A stretch of 64,000 nt of DNA from Neocallimastix sp. 'constans' (Eukaryota). Below, in pieces: positions 53,601 to 63,859 of this stretch. Position 1 is the stretch's first letter. The number at the start of each line of letters is the position of its first letter. The stretch is from contig JBODTK010000137.1 in assembly GCA_050613775.1 (NCBI GenBank), positions 124,001 through 188,000 on the forward strand, read 5' to 3'. The notes under the pieces were generated by a model that was not told the origin of the DNA, made no database searches, and saw nothing but the letters and a program-made list of their open reading frames with translations. A program made the position numbers and the translations under genes.

Positions 53601-55795
53601 CTTAATTCTTTATTATCATCAAATTCATTAAGAAGAATTGAGAAGTAGTTACTTGAGAATATTTCATTATGCTTTTCATTACACATGCGTTGGGACCACT
53701 TGAATCTTCTAGAAGGAGTAGGAGCACGAAAACCTTCTGAGTCATCTTTCTTACAGGAAAGGATAAGAGGGAAGTGGTCAGATATATCATTGAATGTACT
53801 ACAAACAGATACCTTATTAATGTATTCCTTCATTTTACAATTAAATAAAACATGATCAATACAAGACGATCTACCATCCCGAGCCCATGTGAAATCGAGA
53901 CCTGATAAGTATTTAGTGAACCACTGATAAGATGATTTATTAAGTAAACTATCTAATTGGGATTTAGACATATTAAAGTCACCTACAAGAATAGAAGGTG
54001 TATTAGTATGTTTCTATATCCAATTAGAAATTTTTGAAAAGGCATTCTTTCTTTCTTCCTTATGAGTGACCGTAGGAACATAAATATTACTAATAGTGCA
54101 TTTAATTCCCCAAAAAGAAGTAATGTTGACAGAAATGATATACTTATATTCAAAGGGATCAGGAGAAAATGAACATGAACGAACATGAACGATGTACACT
54201 TATACTAAGACCTCTCATACCGTGTATATTTGGATCAGCTTTACGTAAAATTGTATTATAGTGACAAAGAAATGGGTAATTATTTGAATGTACATTAAGG
54301 TATTGGCTATTACCGACCTCTTGCAAACAAATACAGATGGGTTTAAAAATTTCATTAAAGTATCTAATACCATCACGTTTTTCATCATTCCATCCATTAA
54401 TATTCCAACTGACACAAAGATTAAAGAACTGAGTAGACGGTGAATAAATATTACTATAATGAAAATCTTTAGCCATTGATTTAGTTTCAAAAGAAGAAAA
54501 TTTGTTGTTAAATTTCTTAACTTCACTGAAAGTTCTGATTTTGTGGGTTTGGATCCAATTAATTTTATTGATTGGAAGGCAATGGGTAAGAAGAAATAAA
54601 ATATTTAGGTAATAAGTGGGTTTATCATAGTTTATCCTTAAAATGAAGTAATTTTCCATATTAGGTGTGTGTGTTTTTATAATTCCATGAACTATTTCAT
54701 TGCAATTGGAAATACGTTTACTAAGAAATTCCCAAAGTTTACTAACAGACCATGATTGAAGATCATGAATAAAGATAAGAATGAAATCTTTATTCTGAAT
54801 ATCGTATCTTCGAAGACCACGTCGCAAAACAGGTATAGTTGCTGAATTTGAAGAAGTATTATCCATATCAAGAAAGCCTAAAAAATAAAATAAAAGAAGA
54901 ATAAAATAAAAATAATAAAAATAATAAAAAAAATAGATAAAAAAAATTTTTTTTTTTTTTATATATATATATATATAATAAAATAAATTAAAAAATAAAA
55001 GAGAAAGTAAATTCCCTTTAAATAGTAAAAAAAAAAAAAAATATTGGTGTTGAATATTTGAAAGCTTGAAATATAAAATTGTTCTTGATGATTTAATAGA
55101 TTTTAGATTTTGTAAATAATTGATTTTATCCTGTATAACTGATATAATATTTATAAATTTACTCAAGGGTTAGTAATTTATTGATACAAAATTACTTGTA
55201 TATACTGTTAAAATGAATAATTGTTTCTTTTTATCTTTTGAATGATTGAAATTCTTTCAATTAATAAAGCGCTTTAAGATGTTAAAAATTTTCTGTTGAA
55301 TAATCATAAATTAGCTAAAAGTATATTTAAAAAGAAAAAATATTAGTAGAGAAAGACTATAAAAAAGATTCCCATCCGTTAAATAATGTCTTAAACACAA
55401 GCTTTGGAGTGAATCAATCTCCTACATTTCCATTTTATAATAGCTACATGAAAGTATAAATAATACTATAGAAAAATACATATACAAAATAATGCTAAAG
55501 TAAAAAATACAATAGATTCATTACAATGATAATATGTAGAAACTACATGATATTATTAATTATACAACTCCAATGTTACTACATATCCAGTTTAAAACAA
55601 TATAAAACATCAGGTTCACTTTCTACAGTCTTCCAGTATTCCAGTTTTCACTCTTCGTACTAGAAGCCGCTTTAGAAAAGATAACCATCGATTATCATCA
55701 GAATCACAGAAAGCTGTAATTAGTACACCTGATATAGGTTATTCCTTTTCCATCAACCCTCCATGGACCTGGAAAAACAGTCCACATCATTGGGG
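50596..55795 (-). mobile_element. LINE element B, full length (~5.2 kb), inactivated; 13-bp TSD ATAATTATGTGAT
   Basis: Poly(A) tail (T-run 50595-50623). TSD copies at 50583-50595 and 55796-55808. The ancestral single ORF runs from ATG 54866 to 50732 with APE, RT and C-terminal Zn-finger motifs. Confidence 0.95.
50732..54866 (-). pseudogene. LINE B polyprotein (APE endonuclease, reverse transcriptase, CCHC finger), disrupted
   Basis: SWNINGW, LQEV, GDFN, IDHV, ISDH; GVRQGCPLSP, LFADD, YLGI; CPCC...HW...C. A 10-bp tandem duplication (GAACATGAAC x2, 54171-54190) frameshifts the EN domain, and TAG at 54016-54014 is an in-frame stop. Confidence 0.92.
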
Positions 55796-55832
55796 ATAAT
55801 TATGTGATAAAATATCTGTATTTTTTGTTTTA

Positions 55833-55837
<5 letters not shown>
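55613..55837. repeat. 225-bp direct repeat, copy 1 (3' flank of LINE C)
   Basis: Identical to 61238-61462 (offset 5625) except A55679/G61304. Confidence 0.97.
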
Positions 55838-55880
<43 letters not shown>

Positions 55881-56111
55881 GGCAGCAAACTTGTTTCATC
55901 TTTATTAATTAAATATTTGATAAAATACATGTAATAAAATAATAAAAAAAAAAAGATAAAAAAATAAACAAAAAATAAAACACAAAATAAAAATAAAATA
56001 ATGGTATAATATATTCTAGTTTCATTTAATTAATATTTGTAAGACTTCACAAGGGCATTATTATACTGAAGTATAATAATTAACTTTGACTTCGCAATGT
56101 TAATCATAATT

Positions 56112-59100
56112 TTAAGATACAAAATTATGATCTTCATTGGTTGCGCTAGCCCTGCTGGCCTGTCTTACTGTTTCTTCAGCATTGACGCTCTTGGTAGTAG
56201 TAGTACGATTCGATTTGAACCTATTGAACAAAGACCATTGCTGGCCAATAGCAATAGGTATAATCGATTGGAGAAGTGCCGCAGTAACCACTAAGAACGG
56301 AGTATCAGAATAAGCACCTGATTTCATCTGGCACTTAAATAGATCCTTCCATTCCCTTGTACTGTTATTAATACTTCGACCTCCAAGAAGGAAATTAAAC
56401 ACTTTTTCACACACACTAGAATCAATATACACATTATTTTCAATACTATTACTAACATTACTAAAAATACTATTACTAATATTATTATTACTATTATAAC
56501 TATTACTATTATTACTATTACTATTATCATTATTACTATTAACAATATCATTTGTTAGGTTGCCACGGTAAAAAGCATTATATAAAAATAAAATTTTATC
56601 ATTAACTTTACTACGAGTATGATTGAAAAAGGGACAATCAATTAACCAATGACTTATCCATTGTTTATTACTTTTACAACAGGGACAAAAATTAGGACAC
56701 ATTTGGTCCACTATTTTTGCAGCTTTAGCAATTCTAGCATCTAATCTATATCCGCTTCGTGCTCTCAATAGCCAATAGAAACCATATGAAAGATCGGGAT
56801 AGTCATAACAAAGTTTTATAAATTTTGATGTTTCTTCGAATTTGTTTTTGTCATAAAACTCAGCTTTAATAGAATTGATTTTCATATCTCTTTTCCAATA
56901 AAAATCCTTGATTTTATTATCGTTATTACCTCTTTTCTCTAGTTTACGTTTAAGAGTTCTACTTTCTTTTGTCCATGTATATTTTCTAGATTTTGGAATA
57001 TTATTAACTAAATAGGAAATAATACAATTTGAATTTTTCCATTTATCAAAACATTTGACCTGAGACAAAGCACACTTAGCTGACAATGGAGGAATATGTA
57101 AATCTTTTGAAATAGAATATATATTAATAAATGATTTGGCTTTTTGTATACCTGCAATCCATCTTAATCCTTTATTAATTAATTTCTGAGTATTATTTGT
57201 TCTCGTTTTATTCGAACCAAGTAAAGGTGCAAAGTAAGAGACTTTACTAAGAACATAAGAGTTAATTATAATCTTCTTAAATGGAATAGGAATTTTGGAA
57301 TTTGAAAGAAATTTACTAACAGAAAAGAGAGCTTTAGTTACTTTAGAGTTAAGTAATTTAATAATAGGTTTCAACGATAAGCTTTTATCAAATGGTATAC
57401 CTAAATAGGTATAACATTTAGTTATTGGAATTGGTTGACCAGCAAGATAAAAAGTAGGATCTCTTTTATTTTGAAAAAGAGGTGTGTCTGGTCGAATCAC
57501 CATCGTTGCACACTTATTAATTCCAAAATTCATCATATTAAATTTAGCCCATTCATTTACCTTCTTAAGCATTTTTTTCAACTTAGTTCTTGACGGTGCG
57601 CATAGAACAATATCATCTGCAAAGAGTCCACCACAACATCTAGATTCGCCTAAAGGAATTCCAAGTTCTGAAACATCATTAAAAATGTCATTAATAAAAA
57701 GATTGAAAAGAATTGGTGATAGTGGACAACCTTGTCTAACTCCTTTCATAATATTAAAAGATTCCGAATATTGATCATCAATTTTAACACTAGCTTTGGA
57801 TGTCAAATATAGATTTTTTATAAATTGATAACATTTACCTCTAATACCTAAAGCATCTAATTTATATAAAATATTACCTATTGGAACAGAATCATATGCC
57901 TTTTTTAAATCTAGAAAAGCTAGGTAAGTTTCTTTATTATCATTTTTACGCCTTTGACAAATTTCTCGAATTGAAATAAATAAACTAACACATTCTTCTT
58001 TAGTACGAAATCCAAATTGCTCTGGCCTAATAAAATTATTTTTAAGTCCATATTCTGAAATTCTTTTGGAGACTTTTTTCGAAATGAGTTTAATACCATT
58101 GTTAATCAGAGAGATACCTCGATAATTGTCACAATCAGATAGATCATCTCCTTTTTTAGGAATAGATATAATACTTGCTTCATTCCATGAGCTAGGAAAT
58201 TCTCCATTCCAAATTCTTGAGTATATCTTCTGTAAACAATTTAAACCAAAAGAAGAATTATTTACTGAATTTTCGTCATCCGGAGGAATTAAAGCTTTAT
58301 AAAATTCAATAGGAATTCCATCCGGGCCTGAAGCTTTAAAATTTGGAGTAGCCAAAATTGCTTCTCTAATTTCTTCTATACTGATGTCTTGATTTATATC
58401 CCATTCATTGTGTCTCGTATACCTAATTGTTCCATTGGAAAATTTATTATACCATTCGATTAATGCACTATTGATATCAGAATGGCTTGAAGCAAGTTTT
58501 TTATAGTGATTGTGCCATACTTCTAACTGTTCTTTAGTAGAAGTAGCTAGTTTACCATTTTTGTCCTTTACTGGAGAATTTGACATATTTTTAAATTTAT
58601 CTACTTTTGCTGTTGTTTTAAGCCATTTCCAAGCTTTTTTAGGGTTATGAGATTTCATATATTCACATCCTGTATTAATCCAATGCTGGTATTCAGTTTT
58701 CCTATAAATATTACACATATGATGAATAATTTTGCACATTCTATTATATTTATCAATTAATTCTTCAAATTCATCTAAATTATGATAAGAACCTCTTCTT
58801 TTAATGGATTTATATAATTTCATTTTGAGTTTTTGCAAATTAAATATTTTCTGCGACATATGAAAAAAAGATTTTCGAACTTCTGAAATTGACGTGATAT
58901 TAAGTTCCTTAGCAATATTGAATGAAGTTGAAATAAATTTCTTTGAAATATCATCAATACTAATATTAGGATCTGGAATCACTTCCTCTAATACACTAAA
59001 ATAGTTATTGTCAAAAATTGATTCTTTTTCATTTATACATTTTAATCTATCCCATTTAACTGTCTTTTTAGGCAGAGAGAAAGAATTATCTGAATTAACT

Positions 59101-60581
59101 GATGAAAAACATTTACCTTTTATTAATAAAGGTTTATAATCCGAAATGGGGGGAAAGTCAATAAAAGTACCATATGAAAGTAAATCTAACATATGATCAT
59201 TGACAATCGCATGATCTATATCAGATTCTCTATTACCTCTACTCCATGAAATTGGGGAGCCCCATAAGGGAAGAATTTTCCAATTACTAAATTTAGAGAG
59301 CAAATTACTTAATTTCTCAGTAGGTAAATTAAAATCACCAACCAACATTGAAGGATGAGAAGAGTGACTATTTAACCAAGACAATATTTCAATTCTAGCA
59401 GCTCTAGCATGAAGGCTATGGCCACTATGAGGTACGTACACATTACCAATAGAACATTTAGTGAAATTCCAAAAATTATAAGTATACAAGGAAATAATAT
59501 ACTCATAAGTGTTGTTTTCAAGAGAGGCTTGACAAGAATTATGAAACCCAATATAAAGACCTCTTTTACCGGGAATTTCATTATTAGCTTTTTTGAAGAA
59601 ATGTTTGTAGTTTTTTAATGATACTCGACATGGATATTTACTGCTAGAACCTGAACCATTTCCTGTTTCCTGAAAGCATAAGAAAAGTGGTTTGTACATT
59701 GAAATAAAGAATTCAACACTGTCTTTTTTATCAAAGTTCCATCCATTAGTATTCCAACTGACACATAGAGAAAATTCTTTAACTGTATTATTATTAATAT
59801 GAGTGTTATTAATATTATTGGAATTATTATAATTGATTGAACTGAAATTTGAATTTGAATCTGAGCTTGAAACTGAATTTAAACATAAATTTGAAATTGA
59901 ACTTGAACTTGTACTTGAACTTGAACTTGAACTTGAACTTGTACTTGAACTTGTACTTGAACTTGAACTTGAAATTGTACTTGAACTTGGACTTGAACTT
60001 GAACTTGAACCTGTACTTGAACTTGTACTTAAACTTGTACTTGAACTTGAACTTGAGCTTGTACTTGAACTTGTACTTGAACTTGAACTTGAGCTTGTAC
60101 TTGAACTTGAACATGAATCTGTATTTGAACTTGAATTTGAATTTTGACTTGAATCTGCATTTGAATTTGAAGTAGTGAATAAGTTGATATTATAAGATGA
60201 ATTCACTTTTTCTGATAAGGCAAAATGTTTCCTTTTGAGTGAAGAAAAACTGTATTTATGATTCCTTTTGCTACAATTAATAACGTTAATTGAAGCACGT
60301 TTGAAACTATTAACAATACAATCAGTAATAGATGTTAATTCTTCTTCATTACCTACTATTTTAATTTTAAAGAATGCATCATTAAAATTAGCAATACGTT
60401 TAACTGATAAAACCTTATCATTTAATTCATTCAGAGTTTTCTTTAAATGTCTTCTCATTTTGATTTCTGGCCAAGATCGAAGTCCGCGGATAAAGAGTAG
60501 TTTCGTATTCTCCATTGGTATACCGTGGCACCTTGAACCTCTTAGAATGAAATTCTTATTTCTTATAAATTGGATTTCCAT
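56112..60581 (-). CDS. LINE C polyprotein: N-terminal RRM-like region, Ser-rich linker, APE endonuclease, reverse transcriptase, CCHC finger
   Basis: SWNTNGW, FQET, GDFN, IDHA, ISDY(K); KASGPDGIP, QFGFR, LDLKKAYDSV, GVRQGCPLSP, LFADD, YLGI; CPCC...HW...C. Confidence 0.96.
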   Translation of the reverse strand: MEIQFIRNKNFILRGSRCHGIPMENTKLLFIRGLRSWPEIKMRRHLKKTLNELNDKVLSVKRIANFNDAFFKIKIVGNEEELTSITDCIVNSFKRASINVINCSKRNHKYSFSSLKRKHFALSEKVNSSYNINLFTTSNSNADSSQNSNSSSNTDSCSSSSTSSSSSSSTSSSTSSSSSSSTSLSTSSSTGSSSSSSPSSSTISSSSSSTSSSTSSSSSSSSSTSSSSISNLCLNSVSSSDSNSNFSSINYNNSNNINNTHINNNTVKEFSLCVSWNTNGWNFDKKDSVEFFISMYKPLFLCFQETGNGSGSSSKYPCRVSLKNYKHFFKKANNEIPGKRGLYIGFHNSCQASLENNTYEYIISLYTYNFWNFTKCSIGNVYVPHSGHSLHARAARIEILSWLNSHSSHPSMLVGDFNLPTEKLSNLLSKFSNWKILPLWGSPISWSRGNRESDIDHAIVNDHMLDLLSYGTFIDFPPISDYKPLLIKGKCFSSVNSDNSFSLPKKTVKWDRLKCINEKESIFDNNYFSVLEEVIPDPNISIDDISKKFISTSFNIAKELNITSISEVRKSFFHMSQKIFNLQKLKMKLYKSIKRRGSYHNLDEFEELIDKYNRMCKIIHHMCNIYRKTEYQHWINTGCEYMKSHNPKKAWKWLKTTAKVDKFKNMSNSPVKDKNGKLATSTKEQLEVWHNHYKKLASSHSDINSALIEWYNKFSNGTIRYTRHNEWDINQDISIEEIREAILATPNFKASGPDGIPIEFYKALIPPDDENSVNNSSFGLNCLQKIYSRIWNGEFPSSWNEASIISIPKKGDDLSDCDNYRGISLINNGIKLISKKVSKRISEYGLKNNFIRPEQFGFRTKEECVSLFISIREICQRRKNDNKETYLAFLDLKKAYDSVPIGNILYKLDALGIRGKCYQFIKNLYLTSKASVKIDDQYSESFNIMKGVRQGCPLSPILFNLFINDIFNDVSELGIPLGESRCCGGLFADDIVLCAPSRTKLKKMLKKVNEWAKFNMMNFGINKCATMVIRPDTPLFQNKRDPTFYLAGQPIPITKCYTYLGIPFDKSLSLKPIIKLLNSKVTKALFSVSKFLSNSKIPIPFKKIIINSYVLSKVSYFAPLLGSNKTRTNNTQKLINKGLRWIAGIQKAKSFINIYSISKDLHIPPLSAKCALSQVKCFDKWKNSNCIISYLVNNIPKSRKYTWTKESRTLKRKLEKRGNNDNKIKDFYWKRDMKINSIKAEFYDKNKFEETSKFIKLCYDYPDLSYGFYWLLRARSGYRLDARIAKAAKIVDQMCPNFCPCCKSNKQWISHWLIDCPFFNHTRSKVNDKILFLYNAFYRGNLTNDIVNSNNDNSNSNNSNSYNSNNNISNSIFSNVSNSIENNVYIDSSVCEKVFNFLLGGRSINNSTREWKDLFKCQMKSGAYSDTPFLVVTAALLQSIIPIAIGQQWSLFNRFKSNRTTTTKSVNAEETVRQASRASATNEDHNFVS
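59850..60170 (-). repeat. Hexamer microsatellite (AGTTCA/AGTACA)n encoding the poly-Ser/Thr linker of LINE C
   Basis: (TGAACT/TGTACT)n on the + strand; it generates several spurious overlapping ORFs. Confidence 0.95.
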
Positions 60582-61237
60582 AATAGTAATAAAAAACTAA
60601 AAATTAATAACTAAAAAAAAAAAAATAAAAAAAAGTCAATTTTTATTATAAAGTCTTGAGTATAATGAGAATTGTAATAATTTTATATCTTTTTGGAGTA
60701 AATAATTTCGATAATTAGTAGTTTGTTGAATGATTGAAAAATAATTTGATTTAGCACTTTTTTCAGTATATTATTTAAATTGAATATCATAAAGTATTTA
60801 ATGACTAAGATTGAATTGATGAAATAAAATGGCACAAAATTAGTAAAGAGTTAAATAAATTACTACAAGATTTAGAGTGAATCAATCTCTTACAACGTGA
60901 TACATGAAATATAAAGTTGAAATACAATTGAATACAATAGATTCTTACATGAGAATAGTAATACTACATGAAAATAGAAATACAATGAAAATGTATTACT
61001 AATTCTTGGGTGTAACTTATTTAACAATGTTCCAAAAATGCACCATTATATTCCGCAGTGAGTGTTCACCAGAAAAATTTTACCAATAACATTACCATTG
61101 CGCATAATGTTATTAATTAACACAAAATATAACTTTACTACTATTTTGCACCAGTACTGTGGATCTACTTTATAAGAGTAAAGTTAATTTCCCTTGCAGG
61201 CGATTTAAATACATAAATCGAGTACACCCCTGCTCGG

Positions 61238-61462
61238 GGTTCACTTTCTACAGTCTTCCAGTATTCCAGTTTTCACTCTTCGTACTAGAAGCCGCTTTAG
61301 AAAGGATAACCATCGATTATCATCAGAATCACAGAAAGCTGTAATTAGTACACCTGATATAGGTTATTCCTTTTCCATCAACCCTCCATGGACCTGGAAA
61401 AACAGTCCACATCATTGGGGATAATTATGTGATAAAATATCTGTATTTTTTGTTTTACAAAT
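61238..61462. repeat. 225-bp direct repeat, copy 2 (5' flank of LINE C): 5' ~183 bp of LINE B plus ~42 bp of LINE A
   Basis: Matches 55613-55837. It contains B's CCCC 5' end (61420-61417) and a third copy of ATAATTATGTGAT (61421-61433). Confidence 0.97.
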
Positions 61463-61695
61463 ATGCGTAGACCATTTAGAAACTTTAGCAGGCCTTATAA
61501 AACCATCGGAAAGAACTTTGGTGCAAGAAAGTATAATAGGTTTATGATCAGAAATACCATAAAATGAAATGCAAACCGAGGTTTTATTAAAATGAGCTGC
61601 CAAAGCCTCATTATATATGACATAGTCAATGCAAGATGATCTAGTACCTTTGGCATAAATTGATTACCATATAAGGGAGCAATATACCAATTAGG
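61421..61695 (-). mobile_element. LINE element A, upstream part (end of APE domain; 5'-truncated)
   Basis: NWYIAPLYGNQF / AKGTRSSCIDYVIYN...ISDHKPIILSC...KWSTHICKTKNTDILSHNY continues in frame into FSILANDL at 50582 once the inserts are removed. Confidence 0.92.
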
Positions 61696-62205
61696 AAAAA
61701 AAAAATAAATATACACAACAATATTCCAAATATATCAATAATAAAAAAAATTTTACTTTTATTTTAATTTAATTTTATTTGTATTTTTGAAAAGGTATTT
61801 TTAATTACATTAATTACCAAAAATAAAAATAAAAAAAAAAAAATTATTTAAATTTTTTTTTTTTTTTTTTTTCTGTTTTTGCGATAAATTTATTCAATTT
61901 TATTACATTAAAGATTATTCTTTATATAGTAATAAAATTATTAATTCTTTAAATACATGAATTATTAATTAAATTTTTAAATTATTAATAATTATTTATT
62001 ATATAATCGATTTATTTAATTAAAAAAAAAATATTTATAAAAAAATATATATTTACTTTCTTTTAAAATCTAAACAAAAAAAAAATAAATATTTAAATAG
62101 TATTTATAAACGGTTTTATATATATGATTCATATTGAATTTAAAAAAGAAAAAAAAATTATTAATTAATAATTATTATTTCATTTTTTTTCAATTTCATT
62201 TTCAT

Positions 62206-63859
62206 TTAATTTTTGTTATCACCGAAATCAATGAATGGAAGGTACTTCTTAACACGAGAAGTAATAGCATCTTCGGACATCTTAGCTAAATTGTCTTCAA
62301 TACCACGGTGAGTTTCATCGTATAATCCCTTTAAAGCTTCTTGAGCTGGTTCAGCTAAGGCACCAATAATTGGAGTGAAAACAGAAGAAAGATCGAAATC
62401 TCTAGTTAAAGTACCTCTGTCACTCATAACATTCTTAACAGATGATTGGAGTGGAACCTTAAGTGAATCTGGTAATTGTTCAAAGATAACACCTTCAACC
62501 TTAGTGACTTCATTATGAATAATTTCACGGTTCTTTTGACGAATAACATCTAAACCATCTTGGACCTTCTTAGAGAAAATACCAAAGATCTTGCATTGAC
62601 GGTCAGTAGATTCAGCATCTCTAGATAAATTGTCATTAGAACCAAAGAGACCAGCAAGAGCGGAAAGATCAGAGAAACCGCCACCAGCAACATCCTTAAC
62701 CTTAGTATTAATGTTTAAGTAACTCTTAACACCATTAATAACACCATCAGTAATAAGATCAGTAACACCATTTTCAGCCTTTTCCATTAAACCCTTGAAT
62801 GAATCAGAGATTAAAGGAGTAGCAGCATCACGTAAACTATCAGCATCAACACCAGAGCTAAGTAAGCTATTAAGGTTGAAGTTGTTAGTATCAGTACCAT
62901 TGGCCATATCTTGAATTTCAGTCTTTACAAAGTTACCAATATCTTGAAGAATACCACGATCATCACCATTAACACCACGACCTTGTTGTTGGCCACCTTG
63001 GTAGGCACCAGTAGATTGTTGAGCTTGGTAGGCACCAGAACTTTGTTGTTGTTGATAACCACCTTGTTGTTGTGGGGCTTGTTGTTGTGGTGGGGCTTGT
63101 TGTTGTGGAGCTTGTTGGAATTGATATTCTTGAATATTATTGTTGTTATTGTTAGCATTGTTATTGTTATTATTATTAGAGATGGCTGGAGTACTAACAT
63201 TACCAGCACCGAGAATTTGAGCTGCAATATTGAAAATCTTAACACCATCAGCACCAGTTAAATCTAATTGACCATTAATAAGTTTAGAAACAATTTGGAA
63301 AATATCCTTAATAGCAGAAGCAACACCAAGAACAGTCATTTCTCTACACTTGGTAACTTCCTTTTGAACAACTTCACGTAAATCACCCTTAGCAGATTCT
63401 AAGAAGAAATCAACTAATTTTGCTAAAATTGGAATATCTCCAATAGCACGAGTATCATTGGACATATCGGCACTGACACTGTCAACTATATATAAATTAA
63501 TATTAAATTAATAATTTTTTCTAACACCTAAAACATCTTTTTTTATTTATATACTTTTATTTTTTATTTTTTTTCCCATTATCCTAAATATTTTTTTTTC
63601 TTATTATAAAGATCTTTATTCATTTATATTATATTTATTATTATTGTAATAACCTAAATATTCCTATAATTAACCCCCTATTTACTCTTTATTTACTTTT
63701 AATCTATTTTTTTTTTTTTTCAATTTTAATTTCATAACATCTACAACTTCTATTTTTTCACATTTTCTACACTTTTATTTATTATTATACTTTTTTTTAC
63801 ACTTTTTTTTTTTTATCTCACTTACCAGCGGCCTTAGCAATATCTTTGATGAAATCCAT
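62206..63859 (-). CDS. Uncharacterised ~437-aa protein with central Q/N/G/Y-rich low-complexity segment (2 exons)
   Basis: Exon 1 (63859-63826, MDFIKDIAKAA) has a GTAAGT donor. Exon 2 starts after TATAG at ~63485 and joins in frame to the 419-aa ORF. Codon choice (AAG, TTC, GCT, CGT, GGT) looks like that of a highly expressed gene. Confidence 0.85.

Larger units (their letters stand above)
55838..61237 (-). mobile_element. LINE element C, full length (~5.4 kb) with uninterrupted ORF
   Basis: Poly(A) tail (T-run to 55877), ~230-nt 3' UTR, 1489-aa ORF and ~660-nt 5' leader. Flanked by the 225-bp direct repeat. Confidence 0.96.

Noticed and set aside
55680..55715. Hammerhead ribozyme in the LINE B leader (CUGAUGA on the minus strand)
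   Set aside because: The following stem (GATAAT/GTTATC) uses the GA of the core and is followed by TTTTC, not GAAA; the catalytic core cannot be completed.
59827..60175. Overlapping ORFs (FKFKYK, ELELVL, LNLYLN)
   Set aside because: Alternative-frame readings of the hexamer microsatellite inside LINE C.
55613..61462. Reading the 225-bp direct repeats as LTRs of element C
   Set aside because: C has an APE-RT ORF and a poly(A) tail, with no protease or integrase. The repeat lacks TG..CA ends and is a chimera of elements A and B.
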